The notes under the pieces were generated by a model. It was not told where the DNA came from. It worked only from the letters and a program-made list of their open reading frames with translations, and did no database searches. 64,000 bases of DNA. It comes from Demequina sp. (lineage in GTDB: Bacteria; Actinomycetota; Actinomycetes; Actinomycetales; Demequinaceae). The stretch spans positions 1,327,979 through 1,391,978 of the forward strand of contig JANQAD010000001.1 of assembly GCA_024707205.1 (NCBI GenBank). Reading direction: 5' to 3'. Each line of letters begins with the position of its first letter. The stretch's first letter is position 1. Below, in pieces: positions 10,669 to 20,247 of this stretch. Made by a program: the position numbers and the translations under genes.

Positions 10669-12037
10669 CGAGGGGCCTTTCTGCTGGGTAGCGGATGACG
10701 GTCCGCTGCCGGTTCAACGCTAGCGCGGCGACCACCGTGAGGGAGCCCACGCGCCCCACGTACATGAGCACGATGAGCGTGACGTCCCCAGCGGTGTTGA
10801 GGTCCGGGGTGATGCCGGTGCTCAGCCCGCAGGTCGCGAAGGCGGACACCACCTCATAGAGCGCGCGATCGAGGGCGATGCCCGTGACCGCCATGAACAC
10901 GATGGTGCCGACGATGACGATGAACAGAGATACGAGCGCAACGGAGACCGCGAGCCGCAGCACTTCGGTGCCGATGCGCTTGTGGAACGCCTCGATGTCT
11001 CTTCGGCCGCGCGCCTCCGCCCAGATGGCGAGGAGCAGCACGGCAAGGGTGGTCACCCTGATGCCGCCGGCCGTACCGCCGGAGCCACCGCCGATGAACA
11101 TCAGCACGTCCTCGAGCAGCCACGTCTGCTGGTGCGCGTTGCCGATGTCGATGATGGAGAAGCCGCCGGAGCGCTGGTTGATGGACTGGAAGAGGACGCT
11201 ACCGATGGTCGCTCCCGTTGTCTCGTCTCCCAGGGTTCCCGGGTTGTCCCACTCGAACAGCAGCAGGAGCGACGCGGACACGACGCTCAGCACAGCGAGC
11301 ATGCTGAGCGTCAGCTTGGTGTGGAGCGTCCACTTGCGGGGGGTGCGCCATGCGCGCAGCAGGTTGAAGTACACGGGGAAGCCGAGCGCGCCGAGCAGCA
11401 CTCCCATCGCGATCGGCAGCAGCATCCACATGTCGGTCGCGTACGGCCCAAGCCCGGCGGGGTCCGGCGACATGCCGCAGTTGTTGAATGAGGAGATGGC
11501 GTAGAACGCCGCGTATCCGGCGGAGGTCCAGCCGCCGTACCCCAGCGTCAGGAAGCGCGGAAACAGGATCGCGCCGATGAGCAGCTCCGTCGCGGTCGAG
11601 ACCACCACCACGATGCCGAGCAGCCGCTTGACGTCGCCGAGCCCGCTCGCGCGCGCCTCGCCAGCCGCGAGGATCCGCTGGGTCAGCCCGAGCCGTCGGG
11701 ACACCGCGAGTCCCACGAGCGATGCGAGCGTCATGATGCCCAACCCGCCAACCTTGATCGCGGTGGCGATGATCGCGAGCCCAAGCGGCGACCAGAAGGT
11801 CGCGATGTCGACATTGGCCAGGCCGGTCACACACACCGCGCTCGTGGCGGTGAACAGCGCGTCGATGAAACTCGCCGAGTCGCCGGAGGTTGTCGCCGCG
11901 GGAAGCTTCAGCAGCGTGGTGAAGATGAGGATGACGAGCGCGAATGCGCCGAGCGCGAGCCGCGCCGGCGTCTCGATTGCGACGCGATTGACCCATTCGC
12001 CGACGGTCGTTCGCAGGGTCCGCGTGGCGGTCATCAC
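10661..12037 (-). CDS. trkH: Trk/Ktr potassium uptake membrane subunit
   Basis: FTATSAVCVTGL, FIGGGSGGTAGGI, SAFATCGLSTG, MYVGRVG. Confidence 0.92.
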   Translation of the reverse strand: MMTATRTLRTTVGEWVNRVAIETPARLALGAFALVILIFTTLLKLPAATTSGDSASFIDALFTATSAVCVTGLANVDIATFWSPLGLAIIATAIKVGGLGIMTLASLVGLAVSRRLGLTQRILAAGEARASGLGDVKRLLGIVVVVSTATELLIGAILFPRFLTLGYGGWTSAGYAAFYAISSFNNCGMSPDPAGLGPYATDMWMLLPIAMGVLLGALGFPVYFNLLRAWRTPRKWTLHTKLTLSMLAVLSVVSASLLLLFEWDNPGTLGDETTGATIGSVLFQSINQRSGGFSIIDIGNAHQQTWLLEDVLMFIGGGSGGTAGGIRVTTLAVLLLAIWAEARGRRDIEAFHKRIGTEVLRLAVSVALVSLFIVIVGTIVFMAVTGIALDRALYEVVSAFATCGLSTGITPDLNTAGDVTLIVLMYVGRVGSLTVVAALALNRQRTVIRYPAERPLVG

Positions 12038-12208
12038 CCTCCTCGACTCACGGTAATCGCGGCGCTCTCAAGCCCGCTGTGCGGCAGTGCCGCCGTTATC
12101 ACTATCGGCAGGTGTCACAGGGTTCACAACCGTCACTTCTGCCCCTACAGTGGAGGCTCAAGACGGCCGATATCAGCGGTGAAGTCTAGCGAGGGAGCAG
12201 CAACACAC

Positions 12209-12447
12209 ATGGCGAACAGCGGCGCAAATCGCACCACGTTCCTCACGGTAGCGGAGGTGGCGGATATGGTGCGCGCTCTCGCATGACCGTGTACCGGTGG
12301 ATCCACACCGGCGAGCTGCCTGCGGTGCGCTTCGGCCGCTCGTTCCGTGTTCCGCAGCAGGCCGTCGAAACTTTCATGGAGCAGGCCGAGCTTGCCGGGG
12401 GCTTCATCACCGAGGATGACGAGCACCGCTCGGGCACGGTAGGATAG
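12209..12447 (+). CDS. Excisionase-type helix-turn-helix DNA-binding protein (Rv0500A-like), 1-nt frameshift near 12275-12281
   Basis: FLTVAEVADMVR then, in another frame, MTVYRWIHTGELPAVRFGRSFRVP; sits upstream of bS22 as in many actinobacteria. Confidence 0.8.
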
Positions 12448-12509
12448 TTGCTTGTCTGTCACGTCCGACGGACTGTGACTCATAAGTTTCTAGCTCCAAG
12501 GTTGGTTCC

Positions 12510-12608
12510 ATGGGATCCGTCATCAAGAAGCGCCGCAAGCGCATGTCGAAGAAGAAGCACCGCAAGCTTCTTCGCAAGACGCGCCACCAGCGTCGCAACA
12601 AGAAGTGA
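12510..12608 (+). CDS. 30S ribosomal protein bS22 (AURKAIP1/COX24 domain)
   Basis: [32 protein letters not shown], read directly (too short for the ORF track). Confidence 0.97.
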   Translation: MGSVIKKRRKRMSKKKHRKLLRKTRHQRRNKK

Positions 12609-12610
12609 TC

Positions 12611-12634
12611 AAAGCCCGCTCCGGCGGGCTTTTT
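12611..12634 (+). terminator. Intrinsic terminator
   Basis: AAAGCCCGC-tccg-GCGGGCTTTTT right after the bS22 stop. Confidence 0.85.
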
Positions 12635-12655
12635 CATGCCCGACGCCACGGCGGG

Positions 12656-12787
12656 GTGGAGCGTGAGTTCCGGCTGTTTCGCGGTGCCGGGTGCCAGTGG
12701 AGCATGCGTTCCGGGCACGACCGGGCGCTTGGAACTCAGACTCCACTGCAATGCACTGCGGAGCCCGGGCCGGAACTGAGGCTCCAC
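12656..12787. repeat. 132-bp composite palindromic (REP/BIME-like) element with four 19-bp units
   Basis: GTGGAGnnTGAGTTCCGG-like units at 12656 and 12697 (+) and 12728-12746, 12769-12787 (-); 41-bp period on both arms. Confidence 0.8.
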
Positions 12788-12824
12788 TTCGGCGCGCGGG
12801 CAGCGGCGCGGGGGCAGCGGTGAG

Positions 12825-13628
12825 CTAGCGGCGGAAGACCGCCTTGCGGCAGCCCCGGCCGATCGCGAGCACCACCCACACCGACCCCGTGATTGACGCC
12901 TTCACCACGCCCCGGCGCCCGCTCTTGCGGCGCTTGCGGAACTCGCGGATGGGCCAGTTGCGCTCGGCGGCGATGCGCCGCATGCGCGCGTCCGGGTTGA
13001 TCGCGCCGGGCACACCAACCGCCTCGAGCATGGGCACGTCGTTGGACGAGTCCCCATACGCGTACGACTTCGCGAGGTCCAGCCCGCGTTCGGCAGCAAG
13101 CTCGCGCACCGCCTCCGCCTTGCGCGGCCCGTGCATTAGCCCGTGCTCGAGCACCCCCGTGTAGTACCCGTTGCGGGTCTCGGCAACGGTCCCCAAGCCA
13201 CCAGTCGCGCCCATTCGGCGCGCGATGAGGTGCGCGATCTCCTGAGGCGTGGCGGTGACGAGCCACACCTCGTGCCCGCGCTCCAGGTGCGACTCGATGA
13301 GCGCCTTGGTGCCAGGGAAGATGCGGTGGGTCAGCACCGTGTCCCACACCTCCTCGCCGATCGCGATGATCTCGGCGGCGCTCCACCCGGCGAAGAACTT
13401 GGGCGCCTGCTGCGTCACGGTCTCCATCTGCTGCTTGGTCTCGCCGAACAGGTGGTACTTGAACTGCTCGAACGCGAAGCGGAAGATCTCGCGATTGCGC
13501 AGGTAGCCGTGCTCGCGGAGGCCGCGGGAGAGGTGGTACGCGCTCGCGCCGCGAATGATCGTGTTGTCCACGTCAAAGAACGCGGCAACGCGAGTGCCAC
13601 CTTCCGCCACGGAGTTCACGCGGCCCAT
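12825..13628 (-). CDS. HAD-IB family hydrolase (SerB1/Rv0505c-like)
   Basis: FFDVDNT, LVTATP, AYGDSSND motifs; start trimmed to ATG 13628. Confidence 0.88.
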   Translation of the reverse strand: MGRVNSVAEGGTRVAAFFDVDNTIIRGASAYHLSRGLREHGYLRNREIFRFAFEQFKYHLFGETKQQMETVTQQAPKFFAGWSAAEIIAIGEEVWDTVLTHRIFPGTKALIESHLERGHEVWLVTATPQEIAHLIARRMGATGGLGTVAETRNGYYTGVLEHGLMHGPRKAEAVRELAAERGLDLAKSYAYGDSSNDVPMLEAVGVPGAINPDARMRRIAAERNWPIREFRKRRKSGRRGVVKASITGSVWVVLAIGRGCRKAVFRR

Positions 13629-13661
13629 GGTACCCAGGGGGTTCCGCCGTATCCTGACGCC

Positions 13662-13898
13662 ATGAGCGCCCGTGTGACGATGTACACCCGCGCCGGCTGC
13701 CATCTGTGCGACGACGCCCTCGAGGTGGTAGCCGCCGCCTGCCAAGCGTCGGGCAGTGATTATCAGCTGGTGGACGTGGACGCGACGCCGGAGCTCCGGG
13801 AGCGCTTTGGCGAGCAGGTGCCCGTGGTGACCGTGGACGGGCAGACGGTCGGCTTCTGGCGCATAGACCCGCAGGTACTGGCCCAGGCACTCGCGTAG
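13662..13898 (+). CDS. Glutaredoxin-like protein (DUF836)
   Basis: YTRAGCHLCDDA, EQVPVV.VDG. Confidence 0.88.
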   Translation: MSARVTMYTRAGCHLCDDALEVVAAACQASGSDYQLVDVDATPELRERFGEQVPVVTVDGQTVGFWRIDPQVLAQALA

Positions 13899-13917
13899 CC
13901 GGGGGACAATAGGCGCC

Positions 13918-14556
13918 ATGCCCTTGATTCACCTGGTGCGTCACGGTCACGTCCATAATCCGGACAAGATCCTGTACGGCCGCCTCCCGGAGTTTCGCCT
14001 GTCCGACGCTGGCGAGGCCATGGCGCGCGCCGTCGCCGAGCACTTTGTGCGGCAGGGCACCGATGTTGGCCGGGTGGTCGCGTCGCCTCTGCTCAGGGCT
14101 CAGCAGACGGCGGCGCCGATCGCCGAGGCGTACGGCCTGCCCGTGGACACCGACGAGCGGCTCATCGAGGCCGCGAATGCGTACGAGGGCGGCAAGGTCC
14201 AGTCGGGCCCCAAGGACTTCATCCACCCGCGCAACTGGTGGCTGTTGCGAAACCCTGCGCGGCCATCCTGGGGAGAGCCCTACCGCGAGCAGGAGGCGCG
14301 CATGTGGGCCGCTATCCGTGACGCCGCGGCCGCGACGCCTGACCACGACACCGTTATGGTCTCCCACCAGCTGCCCATCTGGGTGGCGCGCATGAGCTTC
14401 GAGAAGCGCCGGTTCCTGCACGACCCGCGCTCGCGTGAGTGCGGACTGGCATCGGTCACGAGTTTCGATGTCTCTCCCGATGGCGAGGTGGGCGCGATGT
14501 TCTACGCGACTCCCGCCGCGCACGTCGAGGTGCCGAAGCACGGGGGAGCCGAGTGA
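13918..14556 (+). CDS. Histidine phosphatase family protein (Rv0525-like)
   Basis: HLVRHG, SPLLRAQQT, VSHQLPIW. Confidence 0.9.
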   Translation: MPLIHLVRHGHVHNPDKILYGRLPEFRLSDAGEAMARAVAEHFVRQGTDVGRVVASPLLRAQQTAAPIAEAYGLPVDTDERLIEAANAYEGGKVQSGPKDFIHPRNWWLLRNPARPSWGEPYREQEARMWAAIRDAAAATPDHDTVMVSHQLPIWVARMSFEKRRFLHDPRSRECGLASVTSFDVSPDGEVGAMFYATPAAHVEVPKHGGAE

Positions 14557-15104
14557 GACCGATAGCCCGCTGGATCATCGGCGGCGCCCTTGTCCTCGCG
14601 ATTGTGCTGTGGCTCGTCGGCTGCACGCCCGGCGACGCCGTGGATTCGCCCGGCTACGTCAGCGGCGACGGCACCGTGACGATCTTCGACGACGGGACCG
14701 CGCTCACGCTCACCGGCACGTCCTTCGCCGGCGATCCCGTAGACACGAGCGACTTCAAGGGCCAGGTCGTCCTCATCAACACGTGGTACGCGACGTGCCC
14801 GCCGTGCCGCTCTGAGGCGCCGCTGCTCGTGGAGATGGACGCGCGCGACGACACCCAGGTGGTCGGCGTCAACCGCGAGGATGACGCGGCAACGGTCGCC
14901 GCCTTTGAGCGCACGTTCGGCGTGGAGTATCCGAGCATCGACGGCGGCGACGGCAAGGCGATAGCCCAGCTGCAGGGCAAGGTCTCGATCGCGGCCGTCC
15001 CCACCACGCTCGTGCTTCGCCCCGACGGCACGCTCTACGCACGGATCATCGGCGAGGCCGACCCGTCCACCCTCAAGTCCCTCATCGAGGACGCGCAGCA
15101 GTGA
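14553..15104 (+). CDS. resA: TlpA/ResA thiol-disulfide oxidoreductase lipoprotein
   Basis: WYATCPPCRSEAP CxxC, VPTTLVL; GTGA overlap start. Confidence 0.85.
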   Translation: MRPIARWIIGGALVLAIVLWLVGCTPGDAVDSPGYVSGDGTVTIFDDGTALTLTGTSFAGDPVDTSDFKGQVVLINTWYATCPPCRSEAPLLVEMDARDDTQVVGVNREDDAATVAAFERTFGVEYPSIDGGDGKAIAQLQGKVSIAAVPTTLVLRPDGTLYARIIGEADPSTLKSLIEDAQQ

Positions 15105-15832
15105 GCGGCACCGTCCTCACCGGCTCGCTGCTGCTCGCCATCCCCATCGCCATCCTCGCGGGCCTCGTGAGCTTCGCGTCGCCGTGCGTGGTGCCGCTCG
15201 TCCCCGGCTACCTGGGATACGTGAGCGGCATGGCCGGTGCGGACGCCAAGCGCTCGCGGCCGCGCCTCGTGCTCGGGGTGCTGCTGTTCATCGCGGGCTT
15301 CAGCGCGGTGTTCATCGCGCTCAGCGTTGTCGTCACGGCGCTCGGAGCCCAGGTGCAGGCCCAGTTGGACGTCATCACGCGCATCCTCGGCGTGGTCGTG
15401 ATCCTCATGGGCCTCGCGTTCATGGGCGCCGTTCCGTTCCTCCAGGCGGAACGCCGCCTGCACGTCTCGCCTCGCGCGGGGCTGTGGGGCGCTCCCGTGC
15501 TCGGCATCGCGTTTGGGCTCGGTTGGGCGCCCTGCATCGGCCCGACGCTGTCAGCAGTTTTGGCGCTCGCCCTCACCGAAAGCTCGCAGGCCAGGGGCAT
15601 TCTGTTGGCAGTTGCGTATTGCCTTGGGCTTGGGCTGCCGTTTCTCGCGCTCGCGTTCTGGATTGAGCACTCGTCGAAGGTTCTTGGCTGGCTTCGTCGC
15701 CACCGCCTTGGGCTGATGCGCTTTGGCGGGGCGATGCTCATCGTGCTCGGAGTGCTGCTGGTCACGGGGCTGTGGGGCTCGCTCACGAACCTCCTCCAGG
15801 GCTGGATCGACGGCTTCTGGACGGCCGTCTAG
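15101..15832 (+). CDS. ccdA: Cytochrome c biogenesis protein CcdA
   Basis: SFASPCVVPLVPGYL, GWAPCIGPTL. Confidence 0.93.
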   Translation: MSGTVLTGSLLLAIPIAILAGLVSFASPCVVPLVPGYLGYVSGMAGADAKRSRPRLVLGVLLFIAGFSAVFIALSVVVTALGAQVQAQLDVITRILGVVVILMGLAFMGAVPFLQAERRLHVSPRAGLWGAPVLGIAFGLGWAPCIGPTLSAVLALALTESSQARGILLAVAYCLGLGLPFLALAFWIEHSSKVLGWLRRHRLGLMRFGGAMLIVLGVLLVTGLWGSLTNLLQGWIDGFWTAV

Positions 15833-17433
15833 TGGCCCGCGTCAAGCTCGACAACTACGCGCTGCCGGAGGCGCCCCGCCTCGGCTTCCGAGGCTGGCTG
15901 CGGTGGATGTGGCGCCAGGTCACGTCGATGCGCGTTGCGCTCATCCTGCTGCTGTTCCTCGCGCTCGGCGCGATTCCCGGCTCGATCCTCCCGCAGGCCC
16001 CGCGCGAGCCCGTCAAGGCCGCCCAGTTTGTCCGCGACAACGGCTGGTGGGGGCAGTTCCTCGAAAAGGCGGGCTTCCTCGACGTCTATGGCTCTGCGTG
16101 GTTCACGGCCATCTACGTGCTCCTCTTCGCTAGCCTCATCGGTTGCATCATCCCGCGGTGCATCGCGCACTACCGCGACATGCGCGCCCCGGTGACGCCG
16201 GCGCCGAGCCGGCTGGACCGCTACGAGCCCCGCGCCTCGGGCGAGGCGACGGGCGAACCTGGCGACGCCGTCGGGCGCATCGCCAAGGAGCTGCGGCCGA
16301 ACCCTTCTTTCTGGGGGACCTTCACCGGCTACCGGGTGCGCGTGGACGTGCGCGAGAAGCGGGGCCAAACCCAGACCGCGCTCGCGGCGGAGAAGGGCCA
16401 CATCCGCGAGCTGGGCAACCTGGTGTTCCACGTGGCGCTCATCGGGATCCTGTGCTCGGTGGCGTATGGCGCGGCGTTCATCTATCGCGGCCAGGCGATC
16501 ATCGTGGAGGGCGACACCTTCACCAACTCGGTGGTCGCGTATGACACGTTCAGCTCGGGGAGGCTGTTCAACGAGGATTCGCTCGAGCCGTTCACCCTGC
16601 GACTCGACGAGTTCCACGCGGACTTCTCGCTCTCCGGGCGGCCCGAGAGCTTCGCCGCCGACGTCACCCTCACGGAGCCCGGCCAGCAGCCGCGCCAGGA
16701 GGTGATCAAGGTCAACCACCCGCTCGGCGTGAACGGCGCGAACATCTACCTGCAGGGCAACGGATACGCGCCGGACCTGACCTTCACCGATGCGGACGGC
16801 AACGTCGCATACAGCGGGCCCGTGATCTTCATCCCCAAGGACTCCTTCTACACGTCGACGGGCGTGGTGAAGGTGCCGGACGTCACGAGCGGCGAGCAGG
16901 TGGGCATCAAGGCGACGCTCTACCCAACCGCCGTTGGCGAGGGCACGGACTGGGCGTCCATTCACCCCGACCCCACCAATCCCGTCATCGTGTTCACCGC
17001 GTATACCGGGGACCTGGGGCTTGACGACGGCGTGCCGCAGAACGTCTACAAGCTCGACGAGACGCACCTCAGCCCCGTTCGCGGGGACGACGGCCAGCAG
17101 GCGGTCATGGCGATCAAGCCCGGCGAGACGGTGGAGCTGCCCGACGGCCTGGGATCGCTGACCTGGAACGACACCCCTCGCTACGCGGCCTTCGATATCC
17201 GCGCGGACCCGTCGCTGCCGTTCCTGCTGTTCTTCGCCGTGTGCGCGCTCCTAGGGCTCTCGCTGAGCCTGTTCGGCGCGCGGCGGCGCATCTGGGTCAT
17301 CGCGACCGTTGGGGAGGGCGAGGCGCCCGTTAGTCTTGTCACCGGCGCCGTACTCGCGCCCGCGCACGATGCCGCAAAGTCCGCGGCCGAACTGCGCAGG
17401 GCCATGGCGGCGGCAACGGAGGAGGAAGCATGA
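15832..17433 (+). CDS. resB: Cytochrome c biogenesis protein ResB/Ccs1
   Basis: TSMRVALILL, VYGSAWFTAIY, GNLVFH, VNHPL. Confidence 0.92.
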   Translation: MARVKLDNYALPEAPRLGFRGWLRWMWRQVTSMRVALILLLFLALGAIPGSILPQAPREPVKAAQFVRDNGWWGQFLEKAGFLDVYGSAWFTAIYVLLFASLIGCIIPRCIAHYRDMRAPVTPAPSRLDRYEPRASGEATGEPGDAVGRIAKELRPNPSFWGTFTGYRVRVDVREKRGQTQTALAAEKGHIRELGNLVFHVALIGILCSVAYGAAFIYRGQAIIVEGDTFTNSVVAYDTFSSGRLFNEDSLEPFTLRLDEFHADFSLSGRPESFAADVTLTEPGQQPRQEVIKVNHPLGVNGANIYLQGNGYAPDLTFTDADGNVAYSGPVIFIPKDSFYTSTGVVKVPDVTSGEQVGIKATLYPTAVGEGTDWASIHPDPTNPVIVFTAYTGDLGLDDGVPQNVYKLDETHLSPVRGDDGQQAVMAIKPGETVELPDGLGSLTWNDTPRYAAFDIRADPSLPFLLFFAVCALLGLSLSLFGARRRIWVIATVGEGEAPVSLVTGAVLAPAHDAAKSAAELRRAMAAATEEEA

Positions 17434-18401
17434 TCGACATGCAGGCGCTCAGCGTCGCCGCCCTGTGGGGCGCCACGATCCTGTACGCCGTGGCCATGGT
17501 CGCGTATTCGATCCGCCTTGCCGCGGAGGCAGACGCGCGGGTCCAGGTGAAGCGGCTGGCGACGGTTGGAGCGGGGGCAGGGACAGCGTCGGGCGGGGAG
17601 GACCTGACCGCGGCGCAGTTGCCCCAGCGCGCCAGGAAGGCGCTCGGCATCGCGCGGTCGGCAACCCTGGTGGGCTTCGTCCTCAACGTCATCGGCGTGA
17701 TCGCGAGGGGCATCGAGGCGGGCCACGTGCCGTGGTCCAACATGTACGAGTACACGATCAGCGGCTCCATGGTGGCGGTGGGGATCTTCCTTGGAGTGCA
17801 GCGCAAGCGGGACGTGACGTTCCTTGGCGCCGGCATCACGGGACTCGCGACCATCGTGATGGGCCTCGGCCTGACCGTCCTCTACGCAGAGCCGGAGTCG
17901 CTGCCGCCCGCGCTGCAGTCGATGTGGCTCATCATCCACGTGTCGATCGCGACGATCTGCTCTGGCATCTTCGGGGTCGCGTTCATCGTGACGTCGCTGC
18001 AGCTGCTCAAGGACTACCGCGACAGCGGCACCCCGCGCACGCAGTGGTCGCGCGGCCGTGCCCTCCGCTTCCTAGAGGCCGTGCCCAAGGCGGACGTGCT
18101 CGAGGCGCTCGCGTTCCGCCTCATCGCCGTCGGCTTTGTGCTGTGGACCTTCACGGTCATGGCCGGCGCCATCTGGGCCGAGCACGCCTGGGGCCGCTAC
18201 TGGGGCTGGGACCCCAAGGAGGTCTGGAGCTTCGTGATCTGGGTGGTCTACGCCGCGTACCTGCACGCGCGCACCACTCAAGGCTGGGCCGGCCGCAAGA
18301 GCGCGTACCTGGCTCTCGTCGGCTTCGGCTGCCTCATCATCAACTTCACCCTGGTCAACTACGTCTTCCAGGGTCTCCACACGTATGCGCCGGGGCAGTA
18401 G
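17430..18401 (+). CDS. ccsB: Cytochrome c biogenesis protein CcsB/ResC
   Basis: PWSNMYEY, IHVSIA, WAEHAWGRYWGWDPKE tryptophan-rich motif. Confidence 0.95.
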   Translation: MIDMQALSVAALWGATILYAVAMVAYSIRLAAEADARVQVKRLATVGAGAGTASGGEDLTAAQLPQRARKALGIARSATLVGFVLNVIGVIARGIEAGHVPWSNMYEYTISGSMVAVGIFLGVQRKRDVTFLGAGITGLATIVMGLGLTVLYAEPESLPPALQSMWLIIHVSIATICSGIFGVAFIVTSLQLLKDYRDSGTPRTQWSRGRALRFLEAVPKADVLEALAFRLIAVGFVLWTFTVMAGAIWAEHAWGRYWGWDPKEVWSFVIWVVYAAYLHARTTQGWAGRKSAYLALVGFGCLIINFTLVNYVFQGLHTYAPGQ

Positions 18402-18405
18402 GGCT

Positions 18406-19536
18406 TTGAAAGTAGCGCTCGTCCTCGATGACAGCATCGATAGGCCCGACGGCGTCCAACAGTGGGTGCGCGCGCTCGGGGCCTACTTGGAGCGGGTTGG
18501 GCACGAGGTGCACATCATCTGCTCGGTGTCTGAGTCTTCCGACCCCCGGGTGCATGCGATTGCGAAGAACGTCTCTGTGCGCTTCAACGGCAACGGACTC
18601 CAGACCCCGCTACCGGCTTCCAGGAAGCGGGTCCGCGAGCTGCTGATCGCCGAGGACTTCGACGTGATCCACGTGCAGACGCCGCACTCGCCCGTGCTTG
18701 CCGGCCGCGTGGTGGACGAGGCGCGGAAGCTGCGCGCGCGCTCCGTGCGGATCGCCGGAACGTTCCTGATCATGCCCACGGGCCGGGTGGCTGCGCTGGG
18801 GACCCGCGCGCTGGGGATCGCGCTTCGGAAGAACCTCCGCAAGTTCGACGCGATTCACGCCGTGTCGCCGGGTTCGCTTGAGTTCGCGCGCGAGGCCTTC
18901 CACATCGAGCCGCTGCTCATCCCGCTGGCCATCGACACGGCCGCCCTCAAGGGTGCGGTGAAGACCACCCGGCCGCCGCGCAGGGCAGGCGACAGGCTTG
19001 TCTTGGCGTTCCTTGGGCGGCTCGTGGAGCGCAAGGGCGTGCTCGAGCTGATCGACGCGCTCGCGCTGCTCGACCGCGACACGCTGGACCGGTTGGACGT
19101 GCGGATCGGCGGGCGCGGACCGCTCCTCGAGGAGGCGCAGGACGCGGTGGCGCGGCATGGGCTCGGCGAGGTGGTGAGCTTCGCCGGGTTTGTCTCCGAG
19201 GAGGACAAGCCGCAGTTCTTCGCGGACGCCGACATCGCGGTGTTCCCGTCAACCGGCGGGGAGAGTTTTGGGATCGTGCTCGTGGAGGCGATGGCGTCGG
19301 GTGCGGGAGTGGTGGTCGCCGGGGCGAACCCGGGGTACCTGTCGGTGATCGGTTCGCGGCCGGAGGTGTCCGTCGATGCGACGGACACCGCGGCCTTCGC
19401 GGCGCTGCTGACGCGGCTCGTGGGCGATGGGGCGCTGCGCGAGGAACTGCATCGTGAGCAGCAGGAGGACGTGAAGCAGTTCGATCTTGAGGTCGTTGGC
19501 GAGCGGATCGTGCGGGAGCTCTACGGGGTGGAGTGA
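18406..19536 (+). CDS. Glycosyltransferase family 4 (PimA-like)
   Basis: GGV/DGVQQWV-like start, FLGRLVERKG, PSTGGESFGIVLVEAMASG. Confidence 0.85.
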   Translation: MKVALVLDDSIDRPDGVQQWVRALGAYLERVGHEVHIICSVSESSDPRVHAIAKNVSVRFNGNGLQTPLPASRKRVRELLIAEDFDVIHVQTPHSPVLAGRVVDEARKLRARSVRIAGTFLIMPTGRVAALGTRALGIALRKNLRKFDAIHAVSPGSLEFAREAFHIEPLLIPLAIDTAALKGAVKTTRPPRRAGDRLVLAFLGRLVERKGVLELIDALALLDRDTLDRLDVRIGGRGPLLEEAQDAVARHGLGEVVSFAGFVSEEDKPQFFADADIAVFPSTGGESFGIVLVEAMASGAGVVVAGANPGYLSVIGSRPEVSVDATDTAAFAALLTRLVGDGALREELHREQQEDVKQFDLEVVGERIVRELYGVE

Positions 19537-19628
19537 AGCACGGCGTTCATGACGCCGAGGAACTCCCCGTCCACTGGGGCGCCGCGTTGGTCCAAAGCCG
19601 GAACCCACACTCCATCGAGACGCCGGCG

Positions 19629-19901
19629 CTACTCGCCCTTCCGCCGCTGCTGATCCCTCAGCCACCGCAGGTACTCGGGGTCATCATCGGGCGCGGTCGG
19701 CGCGGAGCCGCCATAGCGTCGGCCCTCCCGACGCCGGGCGACCAACCAGAAGATCCCGCCCACGAACGGCACCACCACGATGAAGACCACCCACAGCGCC
19801 TTGTGGAGACCGAACGGCTCGCGCTCGGTGCGGTTCGCGACATCCGTCACGCAGTACGAGACGAGCGCGACGTAGAGCACGAGGAGGACGAGGTACTTCA
19901 T
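19629..19901 (-). CDS. PLDc N-terminal domain small membrane protein
   Basis: Two TM helices, K.LWVVFIVVVPFVGGIFWL, APDDDPEYL tail. Confidence 0.8.
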   Translation of the reverse strand: MKYLVLLVLYVALVSYCVTDVANRTEREPFGLHKALWVVFIVVVPFVGGIFWLVARRREGRRYGGSAPTAPDDDPEYLRWLRDQQRRKGE

Positions 19902-19950
19902 GGCCCAACTGTAGTTCTGTTGGTGCCGCGGCCACGCCTACGCTTGACCC

Positions 19951-20247
19951 ATGAGAGTTCTCGCCTACTGGGCCGCGCGGCTCGGCATCTTCCTCGCCAT
20001 CGCGGCCTTCCTGTGGTGGGTGGTCAAGTGGCAGGACCTGATCTCGCTGATCGCGGCGTTCATCCTCGGCTGGCTCGTGAGCTACCTGGTGCTTCCGGGG
20101 CTGCGACGCGACGCCGCCGCGCAGATGGACGGGTGGATGACGCGGTCGGAGAAGGGCATTCGCGAGGCGGACGCCGAGGAGGACGCCGAGATCGGCGCAC
20201 TGCCCGACGCTGGCTCAGGTAAGCCCGAAGACCGGCGGCAGGACTAG
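19951..20247 (+). CDS. DUF4229-like small membrane protein
   Basis: Y...RLGIF, two TM helices, acidic DAEEDA tail; usual men-cluster neighbour. Confidence 0.7.
   Translation: MRVLAYWAARLGIFLAIAAFLWWVVKWQDLISLIAAFILGWLVSYLVLPGLRRDAAAQMDGWMTRSEKGIREADAEEDAEIGALPDAGSGKPEDRRQD

Noticed and set aside
12038-12208. c-di-AMP or other riboswitch upstream of the trk genes
   Set aside because: No recognisable ydaO/yuaA consensus on the minus strand; the gap is compatible with divergent promoters
12209-12447. Excisionase suggesting a prophage or ICE
   Set aside because: It is the conserved chromosomal Rv0500A-like HTH gene next to bS22; no integrase, att site or phage genes are nearby
12656-12787. Mini CRISPR array
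   Set aside because: Units are 19 bp, degenerate and arranged as an inverted pair of pairs; no cas genes in the window
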